The notes under the pieces were generated by a model. That model was not told the DNA's origin, ran no database searches, and saw only the letters and a list, made by a program, of their open reading frames with translations. From IMG/VR virus record IMGVR_UViG_3300037478_000171, positions 1 to 58,023 of that record: a DNA stretch of 58,023 bases; one strand, 5' to 3'. Position numbers and translations under genes: made by a program. Every line of letters begins with the position of its first letter. The first letter of the stretch is position 1. This stretch comes from a virus (lineage: Duplodnaviria > Caudoviricetes). Shown one piece after another: positions 1 to 9,782 of this stretch.

Positions 1-106
1 GGTCCGCACACACGGCCGCTAAATTAGCAAAGTCAGGAAAACTGGCCCGTATTGGCGCTAACCAGAGACGTGTCAAGGTTTTGACTGATTACAGATTGGT
101 GTTGAT

Positions 107-586
107 ATGAGGGGTCGTAAGCCGGTGCCGACGGTGGTGAAACTGGCGCGTGGGAATCCTGGGAAGCGCCCGATCAACCGGGACGAGCCGTGTCCGGACG
201 CGCTGGAGCCGGCCTGTCCGGAGGAGTTGAGCGACACGGAGGCCAGGACGGAGTGGGAGCGGACGATTGTGCCGGCGGCGGTGCGGGGGCACATTACGGC
301 GTCGGATCGGGTGTTCGCGATCGCACACTGCGAGCTCTGGGCGGCGTGGCGGTCGCAGTTGGCTGATGCCGCCAGACTGGCTCCGGTGAACGCGAGCCAG
401 TACTGTCCTAATCCGGCGCAGATCATGTCGAACAAGACGCTGCTCATCCTGGCGAAGATTGATGCCGAGCTAGGCCTGAGCCCGACGTCGCGGGCACGGG
501 TGCATGTCTCGCCTGGGGCGGTCCAGAAGACCAGTAAGGGCATTGAGAGGTACCTGCGTGCCATCCCTGGCGGCAAGCAAGCCTAG
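107..586 (+). CDS. terS: Terminase small subunit (P27 family-like)
   Basis: N-terminal MRGRKPVPT..GNPGKRPIN and C-terminal ELGLSPTSRARV, typical of P27-type TerS; directly upstream of terL. Confidence 0.9.
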   Translation: MRGRKPVPTVVKLARGNPGKRPINRDEPCPDALEPACPEELSDTEARTEWERTIVPAAVRGHITASDRVFAIAHCELWAAWRSQLADAARLAPVNASQYCPNPAQIMSNKTLLILAKIDAELGLSPTSRARVHVSPGAVQKTSKGIERYLRAIPGGKQA

Positions 587-2372
587 GCGGAAGGGCGGCG
601 GGAAGGACCAGCCGCCGCGGCCCTGGTGGGGCGACGGGGAGGCGCCTGCGGTGCGCTGGCGCGGCATGACGATTGACATCCCGGCGGCCTGGTCGTCGCT
701 GCGTCGTCGTTGGGAGTCGCCGGACGGGCAGTATTACTTTGACCCAGAAGCGGCCGAGTTTGCGGAGGGGTTTTTCCCGACGTTTCTCGAGCACCACATC
801 GGAGCGTTCGACGGGCTGCCGTTTACGCTTTTGCCCTATCAGCAGTTGCTGGTGATGCGGCCGCTCTTTGGCTGGAAGCGCGCTGCGGATGGGTTGCGGC
901 GGTTCCGCAAGGTGTTTCTCGCGGTGCCAAAAGGGAGCGGCAAGTCGCCGTTCGGGGCCGGGCTGGGCATCTTCGGGGCGTTCTTTGATGGGGAAGCTGG
1001 GGCTGAAGTCTACGCCGTGGCGGCGGATCGGAAGCAGGCCGGGATCGTCTTTGACTCGGCGAAGGTGATGGTGCAGCGCAACGAGCACCTGAACGAGCGG
1101 TGCGAGGTCTTTCGCGATTCGATCAAGCTCAAGGGGTCTACGGAATCGTTTCAGGTCTTGTCGTCAGATGCCAGCACGAAGCACGGGTTTCGGCCGCACT
1201 TCATCGTCTTCGACGAGTTCCACGCCCAGCCCAATCGCGATCTCTACGACGCGCTCTACCGCGGCATGGGCAAACGCCGGCAGCCGGTGCTTGTGATGAT
1301 CACGACGGCTGGCGACGACGACGAATCGATTTGTTTCGAGGAGTGGGACTACGCACGGCGGGTCATCAGCGGCACGGTGCCTGACGACGGGTATTTGCCC
1401 GTGGTCTTCGAGGCGCAACCTGGGGATAAGTGGCAGGATGAGCAGGTGTGGCGTCGGGTGAATCCCGGGTACGGGATCACGATGCAGGCCGATTACTTCA
1501 AGACCGAAGCGGCGGCTGCAGCTGTTGAGCCCCGCAAGCTCAACTCGTTTCTGCAGCTCCACCTGAACCGCTGGGTCAATCAAGCCACAGCCTGGTTGCC
1601 GATTGACTGGTGGGACGCCTGTGACGAGCCGATGCCGGCCGATGACGTGCTGGCGACGTGGCCGTGTGCGGCCGGACTGGATCTGGCGCAGAAGATTGAC
1701 TTGGCAGCACTCGTGCTGGTGTTCCGGCAGCGGCTGACCGAGGCGGAACAACCGATTGTCGTGACGCCGGACGGCGAACCGGCCGAGATGCCGACGCCAA
1801 AGACCATCAACCTGAACTATCGTATCGTGGTCCGGCCCTATTTCTGGATTCCACAGGACACGATGCAGGAACGGGAGCAACAGGACGGGATCCCGTACAG
1901 CCAGTGGGAGAAGCAGGGGCTGGTCACGATGACCGAGGGCGCGACCATTGACTATTCCCTTATTTATCGGGATATTACCGAGCGGATCGTGCCCAAGTTC
2001 CCCAGGCTCAAGCAGGGCGTGATTGGCTACGACCCGGCGTTTGCGACCGACATCGCGTCGAGCTTGCGCGACCGGGCCGGCCTGCAGGTGGCCGAAGTGC
2101 TGCAGAACTACCAGCATCTCTCCGAGGCGTGTTACGTGTTCGAGGCGCTGGTCAAGGCCAAGCGCGTCACGCACGGCGGGCATCGCGTGCTCCGGAACCA
2201 TGTCGAGAACGTCGCAGTGAAGCGCGATGACGCGCGACGGATCAAGCCGGTGAAGCCCAAGAATACCAAGCGTATCGATGGCGTGGTGGCGGCGCTCATG
2301 GGCCTGAAAGCGCTGGCGACGATTCCGGACAGTCCGATTGGGCCGCAGTTGTTTTTCGTGGGCGGGCGGTAA
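558..2372 (+). CDS. terL: Terminase large subunit
   Basis: Walker A VPKGSGKS, Walker B FIVFDEFH, coupling motif ITTAG, nuclease motifs GLDLA and RIDGVVA. GTG 558 (after GAGAGG) chosen as start; the ORF is open from 504. Confidence 0.95.
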   Translation: MPSLAASKPRRKGGGKDQPPRPWWGDGEAPAVRWRGMTIDIPAAWSSLRRRWESPDGQYYFDPEAAEFAEGFFPTFLEHHIGAFDGLPFTLLPYQQLLVMRPLFGWKRAADGLRRFRKVFLAVPKGSGKSPFGAGLGIFGAFFDGEAGAEVYAVAADRKQAGIVFDSAKVMVQRNEHLNERCEVFRDSIKLKGSTESFQVLSSDASTKHGFRPHFIVFDEFHAQPNRDLYDALYRGMGKRRQPVLVMITTAGDDDESICFEEWDYARRVISGTVPDDGYLPVVFEAQPGDKWQDEQVWRRVNPGYGITMQADYFKTEAAAAAVEPRKLNSFLQLHLNRWVNQATAWLPIDWWDACDEPMPADDVLATWPCAAGLDLAQKIDLAALVLVFRQRLTEAEQPIVVTPDGEPAEMPTPKTINLNYRIVVRPYFWIPQDTMQEREQQDGIPYSQWEKQGLVTMTEGATIDYSLIYRDITERIVPKFPRLKQGVIGYDPAFATDIASSLRDRAGLQVAEVLQNYQHLSEACYVFEALVKAKRVTHGGHRVLRNHVENVAVKRDDARRIKPVKPKNTKRIDGVVAALMGLKALATIPDSPIGPQLFFVGGR

Positions 2373-2581
2373 TGACTGAGCCGCAACTGTTCACGCTTAC
2401 GAGGCGGCCACGCGGCAGGCCGAAGAAAGCCGAGACGCAGGTCTTATCCAGTGTGTCCACGCGGCTACTGCCGGTAGAGCATGACGGATTGGTGAAGCTC
2501 GCTGAGGCGCGTGGCGTGTCGGTGTCGGCCGTTATTCGGGCCTTGATTCGGGTTGGGCAGCGACGGGTCGGTCAGCCGTAA
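2372..2581 (+). CDS. Small DNA-binding protein (RGRP motif plus ribbon-helix-helix-like)
   Basis: RRPRGRPKK followed by beta-helix-helix pattern (VSTRL...LVKLAEARGVSVSAVIRALI); TAATG coupling with terL. Confidence 0.55.
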   Translation: MTEPQLFTLTRRPRGRPKKAETQVLSSVSTRLLPVEHDGLVKLAEARGVSVSAVIRALIRVGQRRVGQP

Positions 2582-2644
2582 CACGCCAGATTTTCGGTAC
2601 TCAAAAAATAACCACAGACAATATCTGCGCTAGCCTCCAAGCTA

Positions 2645-4615
2645 GTGCATCATCGGGCGTATTCCGTTTTCCACGTCCGCAGTGTCGATGAGGACGCGCG
2701 GGTCATCGAAGGCATCGCCACCACGCCCGAGACGGACCGCATGGGCGATGTCATCGAGCCGGCTGGTGCGAAGTTCTCCCTGCCGCTGCCGCTCCTCTGG
2801 CAGCATCGATCCGACCAACCCATCGGGCAAGTCGTCGATGCCGCAGTTACACCCGAAGGCATTCGCATTCGGGCCAAGATCGCCAAGGGCCTCCTGCCGC
2901 GCATTGACGAAGCCTGGGCGCTGATTCGTGCTGGATTGGTTCGCGGCTTGTCGATTGGCTTTCGTTCGCTAGGTGAGCCGGAGCGCATCGAGGGCACGTT
3001 CGGTTTGAAGTTCTCATCGTGGGAACTGTTGGAAGTGTCGGCAGTTACCATTCCCGCCAACGCAGACGCCTCCATCACGCTTCTCAAATCTCTCGATGCT
3101 CCTCACTTGGCCGCGTTAGGCCAGTCGGAGCCCACGCACGCAGGAACGCCCGGCGCAACGGGCACAGTCGTTCGGCTGGCACGGAAGGATGCCCCAACGA
3201 CCATGAAGACGATCCAGGAACAGATCAGCGCGTTCGAGGCGACGCGCGCGGCGAAGGACGCCGAACGCCAGGGCCTCATGACGAAGGCCGCCGAGTCGGG
3301 CGAAACGTTCGACGCCGAGTCGGCCGAGCAGTACGACACGCTCGCGACCGAAATAAAGGCCGTCGATGACCACCTGAAGCGGCTGCGCGACCTCGAAGAG
3401 TCGAACCAGCTCTCGGCCGTGGCGGTCAAGGGCGCGACCACAGAGGAGGCTGCGCGGGCGAGGACTCGTGGCGACTCTCCGGTGATCACGGTGCGGGACA
3501 ACCTGCCGCCGGGCATCGGCTTTGCCCGGGCCGTGCTGTGCAGGACAGCCGCGTTTCTCTCGCAGGGGAACTTCAGCCCGATCGAGATCGCCAAGCAGCG
3601 GTACCCAGGCGATGCCCGTCTCCAGATGCACATCAAGGCCACCGTGCCTGCCGGAACGACCACGGATGCGACCTGGGCCGGTGCGCTCGTGGACCAGACC
3701 AATCTGGCCAGCGAGTTCATCGAGTTCCTGCGCCCGCAGACCGTGCTCGGCAAGTTCGGGGCGAACGGCATCCCGTCGCTCCGGCGCGTGCCGTTCAACA
3801 TCCGCGTGGTCGGACAGACCACGGGCGGCAACGCCTGGTGGGTGGGTCAGGGCGCGCCGAAGCCGGTGACGAGCTTCGGGGTCGAACCGACCACGCTGCT
3901 CTGGGCGAAGATCGCGGCGATTGCGGTCATCACCGAGGAACTGGCGCGGTTCTCGAGCCCGTCGGCCGAGATGCTGGTGCGCGACCAGTTGGCGTCGGCG
4001 ATCCGCGACCAGCTCGACCGGGACTTCGTGGACCCGGACACCGCGGCGGTGACCAACGTCAGCCCGGCCTCAATCACCAACGGCCTGACGGCGCTCACGT
4101 CGGCGGGCACGAGTGCGGACAACGTCCGGACGGACCTGCAGAACCTCATCGAGACGTTCATTCTGCAGAACATCAACCCGGCGCAGCTCGTGCTCATCAT
4201 GCCGAACACGCTGGCGCTGGCCGCCTCGCTCATGGTCAACAGCCTGGGACAGGACGAGTTCCCCGGCCTGACCATGAACGGCGGCACGCTGCGCGGCATC
4301 CCGGTCATTACGTCGCAGCACGCGGCGAACCAGAGCGGGGCCGGCAATCTCGTCATCGCGGTCAATGCCGACGAGATTTTCCTGGCCGATGACGGGGCGG
4401 TCACGGTTGATGCGAGCCGTGAAGCGTCGCTGCAGTTGCTCGACGACCCTACGAACAACTCGTCGAGCGGCACGGCGACCTCGGTCGTCAGCATGTGGCA
4501 GACCAACTCGATCGCGCTTCGGGCCGAGCGGTTCATCAACTGGGCCCGTCGCCGCACGGGCGCGGTCGCCTACATGGATGACGTGAACTGGGGCTCGATC
4601 GGCAGCCCGAGCTAG
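2645..4615 (+). CDS. HK97-type prohead protease-major capsid fusion
   Basis: Protease motifs LLWQH, GLSIGF, ELLEVSAVTIPAN; coiled-coil delta-like linker; HK97-fold capsid C-terminus (WQTNSIALRAERFINW). Confidence 0.93.
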   Translation: MHHRAYSVFHVRSVDEDARVIEGIATTPETDRMGDVIEPAGAKFSLPLPLLWQHRSDQPIGQVVDAAVTPEGIRIRAKIAKGLLPRIDEAWALIRAGLVRGLSIGFRSLGEPERIEGTFGLKFSSWELLEVSAVTIPANADASITLLKSLDAPHLAALGQSEPTHAGTPGATGTVVRLARKDAPTTMKTIQEQISAFEATRAAKDAERQGLMTKAAESGETFDAESAEQYDTLATEIKAVDDHLKRLRDLEESNQLSAVAVKGATTEEAARARTRGDSPVITVRDNLPPGIGFARAVLCRTAAFLSQGNFSPIEIAKQRYPGDARLQMHIKATVPAGTTTDATWAGALVDQTNLASEFIEFLRPQTVLGKFGANGIPSLRRVPFNIRVVGQTTGGNAWWVGQGAPKPVTSFGVEPTTLLWAKIAAIAVITEELARFSSPSAEMLVRDQLASAIRDQLDRDFVDPDTAAVTNVSPASITNGLTALTSAGTSADNVRTDLQNLIETFILQNINPAQLVLIMPNTLALAASLMVNSLGQDEFPGLTMNGGTLRGIPVITSQHAANQSGAGNLVIAVNADEIFLADDGAVTVDASREASLQLLDDPTNNSSSGTATSVVSMWQTNSIALRAERFINWARRRTGAVAYMDDVNWGSIGSPS

Positions 4616-4629
4616 TCCCTGATGGTGTG

Positions 4630-4671
4630 ACCGGCGGCGGCTGGCGTGGTCCCTTGCCAGTCGCCGCCGGT
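4630..4671 (+). terminator. Strong hairpin after the capsid gene (terminator or mRNA stabiliser)
   Basis: ACCGGCGGCGGCTGGC...GCCAGTCGCCGCCGGT inverted repeat; weak U-tract. Confidence 0.55.
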
Positions 4672-4692
4672 GGTGTGTGAAAGGACGGCCCC

Positions 4693-4917
4693 GTGGCAGC
4701 GATCCGGCTCGTGGCGCTTCAACCGCTCGTCTATGCAGGCCGTGTCGTGAGCCGTGGCGATCTGTTTACCGCCAGTCCGCTTGAAGCCGCGATCTTCGTG
4801 CGCCGGCAGCAGGCCCGATTTGCCCGAGCCACTGATCGCGTGCGCCCGGAGCCCATCGCAGAGCCTGTCCGCCGCCGCCGGCAGTATCGGCGTCGCGATC
4901 TCGTGGCTGAGCCATGA
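4693..4917 (+). CDS. Small basic head-associated hypothetical protein
   Basis: AAGGA RBS; C-terminal YRRRDLVAE; ATGA overlap with portal. Confidence 0.6.
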   Translation: MAAIRLVALQPLVYAGRVVSRGDLFTASPLEAAIFVRRQQARFARATDRVRPEPIAEPVRRRRQYRRRDLVAEP

Positions 4918-6281
4918 GGCTGTTCGGGCTGACGATTACCCGCACGAAAGAACAACTGCCGCCATCGCTGTCGAATGTCGATGGCCGGGGCGGGTGGTGG
5001 CCGCTCATCCGAGAGCCGTTCGCCGGCGCGTGGCAGCGGAATCTCAGCGAGACGGTGCCGGAAAACGTGCTGGCGTTTTCGGCCGTCTATGCCTGCGTCA
5101 CGCTGATCGCGAAAGACATCGCGAAACTCCGAATCAAGCTCGTGCAGCAGGACGACTCAGGGATCTGGTCTGAGACGGAGAATCCGGCGTTTTCCCCGGT
5201 GCTGCGGAAGCCAAATCGTTACCAGCACCGGATCGCGTTTCTCGAAACCTGGATGACGTCCAAGCTCATCCACGGCAACACCTATGTGCTCAAGCAGCGG
5301 GACGGCCGTGGGGTCGTGGTGGCGCTCTACGTGCTCGACCCGACGCGGGTCCAGCCGAAAGTCGCGCCTGACGGAGCGGTCTATTACGCCATTTCGCAGG
5401 ATGCCTTGTCGGGTGTGGAGCAGGCGCACTTGGCGATTCCCGCGAGCGAGATCATCCACGACATGATGCCGGCGCTCTACCACCCACTCGTGGGGGTGTC
5501 CCCGATTACCGCTTGCGGCAAGGCGGCGATTCAGGGACTCCGGGCGCAGAACAACTCATCAGACTTCTTCGGCAACAGCTCGATCCCGAGCGGCGTGCTT
5601 AGCTCAGCGCAGATCATCGACGGAGAAACCGCGACCAGGCTGCAGCAAGACTGGCAGAACAACTTCACGGGCGAAAACTACGGGAAGGTCGCAGTGCTCG
5701 GGGCAGGGCTTGAATACAAGGCCATGTCCATCTCGGCCGAAGATGCCCAGCTCATCGAACAACTCAAGTGGGCTGGTGAAGATGTGTGCCGGGCCTATCA
5801 CATTCCTGCCCACATGGTGGGTTTCGGCGCGACGCCGACGCAGTACACCGTGGAAGCCATGAGTCAGTTGTATTACGCGCAGTGCCTCCAGAACCACATC
5901 GAGCGGATCGAAGTGTTACTCGATGAAGGGCTGGGGCTTGCTCCGAGCAAGATCGATGGCGTGCGCTATGGCGTGGAACTCGATCTTGACGACCTCTTGC
6001 GGATGGACACCCCGGGACGGGTCAAGGCGGCCAAGGAATCGATCAACTCCGGCGGCATGGCCCCGAACGAAGCCCGCAAGCGGTTTTTCGATCTCGGTCC
6101 CACGCCAGGTGGGGAGACGCCGTATATGCAGGAACAGAACTGGCCACTCAGGCACTTGGCGAACCGGCCGTTACCGGATCGGCCGATCACCGAAGCGGCC
6201 GACGCAGAACCGGATCAGATTGACGAGCGAGACCTGCCGGGGCTGCTGGTGAAGTCGCTACGGCAGCGTCTGATCGCATGA
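4914..6281 (+). CDS. Portal protein (HK97 family)
   Basis: AVYACVTLIA, HGNTY, VGVSPI, MAPNEAR motifs. Confidence 0.93.
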   Translation: MRLFGLTITRTKEQLPPSLSNVDGRGGWWPLIREPFAGAWQRNLSETVPENVLAFSAVYACVTLIAKDIAKLRIKLVQQDDSGIWSETENPAFSPVLRKPNRYQHRIAFLETWMTSKLIHGNTYVLKQRDGRGVVVALYVLDPTRVQPKVAPDGAVYYAISQDALSGVEQAHLAIPASEIIHDMMPALYHPLVGVSPITACGKAAIQGLRAQNNSSDFFGNSSIPSGVLSSAQIIDGETATRLQQDWQNNFTGENYGKVAVLGAGLEYKAMSISAEDAQLIEQLKWAGEDVCRAYHIPAHMVGFGATPTQYTVEAMSQLYYAQCLQNHIERIEVLLDEGLGLAPSKIDGVRYGVELDLDDLLRMDTPGRVKAAKESINSGGMAPNEARKRFFDLGPTPGGETPYMQEQNWPLRHLANRPLPDRPITEAADAEPDQIDERDLPGLLVKSLRQRLIA

Positions 6282-7117
6282 CCGGGCGCGAACTGGAATC
6301 TATCGCGGACGGATTGACCTTAGTGGTCAAAGACGCGATTCGAGCGGCGACGTCGCCGCTCATGGAACGGATCGTGATGCTGGAGGCTCGCGCGGCCGTG
6401 CCTGGCCCGGCCGGTCCGACTGGCGCAGTGGGTCCAACCGGACGAGATGGGCGAGACGGCACGCCTGGACTGGTCGGCCCGCCTGGGCCGGCTGGCGAGA
6501 AGGGCCTGGACGGATTGCCCGGATCTGTTGGTCAGAAGGGTGAGCCGGGCGTGGACGGGGCTCAGGGCCCGCCTGGGCCGGCTGGCGAGAAGGGCCAAGA
6601 CGGGGCCGATGGTCTCGCGGGGCCAGCAGGACGCGACGGGGCCGATGGACTCTCCGGAGCCGCCGGCCGCGATGGCATCGATGGCAAGGACGGTGCGCCC
6701 GGACCGCGCGGCGAGAAGGGCCTAAACGGCGTGAACGGCCGTGACGGGAAGGACGGCGTGACGCTCGGAGTTGATGACCTGTCGTCGGTGACTTTCGACG
6801 GCGAGCGGACGGCCACGCTGACGTTTACGCGCGGCGAGTCTGTCGTGTCCTACCCGATCACGTTTGCCGTGCCGGTCTATCGCGACGTGTGGGCCGAGGG
6901 CACGACGTATCAGGCCGGGGATCTCGTGACGTGGGGCGGGTCGATGTGGATTGCGAAGGCCGAGACGACGGCCAAGCCCGGATTGCCCACGGCCGAGTCT
7001 CGCGCGTGGAAGCTCTGCGTCAAGGCTGGTCGGGACGGCAAGGCGGGTCCACAGGGCAAGAGCGGGCCGTCTGGCTTGAAGGGCGACAAGGGCGATCCGG
7101 GGCCGGAGCGATGGTAA
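6278..7117 (+). CDS. Collagen-like protein with a C-terminal CBM5/12-like (YxxGDxVTxxGSxW) domain
   Basis: Long Gly-X-Y run; WAEGTTYQAGDLVTWGGSMW motif; coupled to portal. Confidence 0.85.
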   Translation: MTGRELESIADGLTLVVKDAIRAATSPLMERIVMLEARAAVPGPAGPTGAVGPTGRDGRDGTPGLVGPPGPAGEKGLDGLPGSVGQKGEPGVDGAQGPPGPAGEKGQDGADGLAGPAGRDGADGLSGAAGRDGIDGKDGAPGPRGEKGLNGVNGRDGKDGVTLGVDDLSSVTFDGERTATLTFTRGESVVSYPITFAVPVYRDVWAEGTTYQAGDLVTWGGSMWIAKAETTAKPGLPTAESRAWKLCVKAGRDGKAGPQGKSGPSGLKGDKGDPGPERW

Positions 7118-7737
7118 GCGTGCCAAAGCTCTGGCCGGGCGCGACGGTGGTGTGCATCGCCACGGGGCCATCGTTGACGCAGGCGGATGTCGATCTCGTC
7201 CGCGGCAAGGCGCGCGTCATTGCGGTTAATGACGCCTACCGGCTCGCGCCGTGGGCTGACGCGCTCTACGGCTGCGATGCGAAGTGGTGGAAGTGGCATG
7301 ACGGCGTGCCGTCGTTTACTGGTCCGAAGTGGTCGCTGGAGCATTCAGCCTGGCGCGGCATTGATGTCAAGTATCCCGACGTGCAGCGGCTCCGGAACAC
7401 CGGCCCGGCCGGGCTCGAGCATGACCCGACCGGGCTCAAGTCGGGCCGCAACAGCGGGTATCAGGCCGTCAATCTCGCCGTGCATTACGGGGCCGCGAGG
7501 ATCGTGCTGCTGGGCTACGAAATGCAGAAGTCTCATGGCGCGAGCCATTTCTTTGGCGAGCATCCGAACAAGCAGCAGTCGCCGTATCCGATGTTTCGCC
7601 AGCAGTTTCAGACGCTGGTCAAGCCGTTACGCAAGATCGGGGTCGAGGTCATGAATTGTTCGCGCAACTCGGCGCTCACCTGCTTCCCGAAAGCGGATCT
7701 GTCCGATGTGTTCGGGTCCGTCAAGGCGGTGGCATGA
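7111..7737 (+). CDS. Glycosyltransferase-like protein (Maf/MptE/sialyltransferase-like Rossmann fold)
   Basis: CIATGPSL, IAVND, NSGYQAVNLA, IVLLGYEM, HFFG, VMNCS motifs. Confidence 0.65.
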   Translation: MVSVPKLWPGATVVCIATGPSLTQADVDLVRGKARVIAVNDAYRLAPWADALYGCDAKWWKWHDGVPSFTGPKWSLEHSAWRGIDVKYPDVQRLRNTGPAGLEHDPTGLKSGRNSGYQAVNLAVHYGAARIVLLGYEMQKSHGASHFFGEHPNKQQSPYPMFRQQFQTLVKPLRKIGVEVMNCSRNSALTCFPKADLSDVFGSVKAVA

Positions 7738-8201
7738 GTCCGCATCGGGCCGTGCTGGTTGAGCTTGTGCGGCAACAGGGCTGGACCTGCGGTGCTGAGC
7801 TTGGCGTGGACAAGGGCGTGCTGTTCAACATGCTGCTCATGGGCTGTCCGGCGCTTCGCCTGATCGGGGTCGATACCGGCGTGGTGCCGAAACGGCTGGA
7901 GCACTGCCAGTCGATTGCCGCGGACTTTCCGGATCGGGCTCGGCTGCTCGTGATGACGACGCATACGGCATCTGCCCAGGTCGCGGACGGGTCGCTGGAT
8001 TTCGTGTTCATCGACGCCGACCATAGCGAATCCGCAGTTGCGGACGACATCGCCTGCTGGCAGCCGAAAGTGCGGCCTGGAGGCTGGCTGGGCGGGCACG
8101 ACTACAACCGGCATTTCCCAGGCGTGGTCCGGGCCGTGGATCGGTCGTTCAACGGGCAACGGCAGACGTGGCCAGGGTCGATCTGGGGGGTGTGGCGATG
8201 A
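7734..8201 (+). CDS. Class I SAM-dependent methyltransferase (Methyltransf_24-like)
   Basis: AELGVDKG, DFVFIDADH, PGGWLGGHDY. Confidence 0.85.
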   Translation: MSPHRAVLVELVRQQGWTCGAELGVDKGVLFNMLLMGCPALRLIGVDTGVVPKRLEHCQSIAADFPDRARLLVMTTHTASAQVADGSLDFVFIDADHSESAVADDIACWQPKVRPGGWLGGHDYNRHFPGVVRAVDRSFNGQRQTWPGSIWGVWR

Positions 8202-8899
8202 TCACCGTCACGCTCTGGAAGTGGGGCACGAAGTTTACCGCGGCGCATGTCGCGAAGATGCAGTCCATGCTGGCGCGGCACTTGTCGCTGCCGCATCGGA
8301 TCGTCTGCATTACCGACAAGCCGAAGGAACTCCCGAAGGGCGTGACCCCGGCTCCGATGCCGAAAACGCTCGCGTGGGATGTGAAGGGCTTGCGCCGAAT
8401 GTGGCTCTACTCGGCGAAGGCCAGCACGCTCGGAGATCGGCTGTTGCAGTTGGACTTGGACGTAGTGCTGACCGATTCCATTGACCCGATTGCGGCTCGG
8501 CCGGAGCCGTTCGTGATCTGGAAAAGTGACAGCAACTTCAAGGACAAGTGGGCCTATAACGCCACGGTCATGCTAGTCACGCCAGGGGCGGTCGATCACA
8601 TCTGGAAGCGGTACATGGCCAACCCGCGCGCGGTGTTTCAGGCATCCGAGCAGGACGGATGGAATCCGAAGGTCTGCTCCGATCAGGCCATCGCCGGGTA
8701 TCTCCTGAAAGATGAGGACGTGCCGGTCTGGACGCAAGCCGACGGGATCTATGCCTACCGGGTCTTTGCCGGCAAGCACGGCGACCGCGGTCAGGTGTTG
8801 CCAGATGGGGCACGGATCGTGAGTTTTCACGGCCCGCGCGATCCGGCGCAGAAGGATCTGCAGCAGAAGTCGCCGTGGATTCTGGAGCATTGGCGATGA
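8198..8899 (+). CDS. GT-A fold glycosyltransferase
   Basis: KWG..F, CITD, DLDVV (DxD), SDQ, FHG..DP motifs; paralogue of 11871-12605. Confidence 0.75.
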   Translation: MITVTLWKWGTKFTAAHVAKMQSMLARHLSLPHRIVCITDKPKELPKGVTPAPMPKTLAWDVKGLRRMWLYSAKASTLGDRLLQLDLDVVLTDSIDPIAARPEPFVIWKSDSNFKDKWAYNATVMLVTPGAVDHIWKRYMANPRAVFQASEQDGWNPKVCSDQAIAGYLLKDEDVPVWTQADGIYAYRVFAGKHGDRGQVLPDGARIVSFHGPRDPAQKDLQQKSPWILEHWR

Positions 8900-9132
8900 A
8901 GGCTCTAGGACTCGATCTAGATCGTTGCGCGTCGTGCTCGGCAGTTGGATATGGAGCAGGACCATGTTCTGGTTGCGATCGCACTATTTGCTATGACTGT
9001 GCCATCGCAGAACAACGACGAGGCTTAGATGGAGAGTTTTGGTTCTGCCCATCATGCTCAAAGAGTAACGCCAAGCCATTCTATGCGGACGGTCAGAAGT
9101 ATGGAAGAACTCAAACTGCAGGAGTTGGTTAG
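8896..9132 (+). CDS. Small Cys-rich (zinc-finger-like) protein, lower GC than neighbours
   Basis: Four CxxC pairs; ATGA overlap with upstream gene. Confidence 0.5.
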   Translation: MKALGLDLDRCASCSAVGYGAGPCSGCDRTICYDCAIAEQRRGLDGEFWFCPSCSKSNAKPFYADGQKYGRTQTAGVG

Positions 9133-9140
9133 ACACGGTC

Positions 9141-9782
9141 ATGGTAACAATTAGTCTTTCCACCGTTGCGACGTGGTCTAATCTGCTACCAGAGCCATGC
9201 GAGGCGTGGATGGCGGATGCGCGTCGCATCGTGGCGGAATCTGAAGCGCGTCGCGGCCGGGCCTCCTACAACACGGGCAGCATCACGCCGCACGATGCGT
9301 ATCTGCTCCGCGCGGTGGTTGAGTCTGTGCAGGCCAAGATCGTGATCGAGGTTGGCACCTTCATCGGTGCCTCTGCCCATGCGATGGCGTCCGGGTCGCA
9401 CGTCACGGCGGTCTATACCTGCGATGCGAGTAACGACTGCCTGGACAGCGACGCGGTGATTCGGACGTTTCCGAAAACGTCGAGCACGGACATGCTGCGG
9501 CAGATCGTGGCCAGAGGCGTCGTGGCGGATGTGTGTTTCTTCGATGGGTCGCTGGTCGAGCCGGACATCGACCTGTTAGCACAGGTGTGCCATGCCAGAA
9601 CGGTGTTCGTGGTGCATGACTACAACTACGGCCCGAAGATTCGTAAGACTGGACTCGTCACCGTGCCGCGCAAGGGTATCGGCAATGTGGGACTGCTCGG
9701 ACGGCGGTGGTCGCAGTGGCTGCTGGTCGAGCCGGTGCCCGAGTCCACGATGGCGGCACTCGTGCCGGAGGGTCTGTTGTGA
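9141..9782 (+). CDS. Class I SAM-dependent methyltransferase
   Basis: VIEVGTFIGAS, FFDG, VVHDY. Confidence 0.7.
   Translation: MVTISLSTVATWSNLLPEPCEAWMADARRIVAESEARRGRASYNTGSITPHDAYLLRAVVESVQAKIVIEVGTFIGASAHAMASGSHVTAVYTCDASNDCLDSDAVIRTFPKTSSTDMLRQIVARGVVADVCFFDGSLVEPDIDLLAQVCHARTVFVVHDYNYGPKIRKTGLVTVPRKGIGNVGLLGRRWSQWLLVEPVPESTMAALVPEGLL

Noticed and set aside
6400-6760. Direct repeats in the collagen gene as a mobile or diversity element
   Set aside because: Explained by Gly-X-Y coding repeats.
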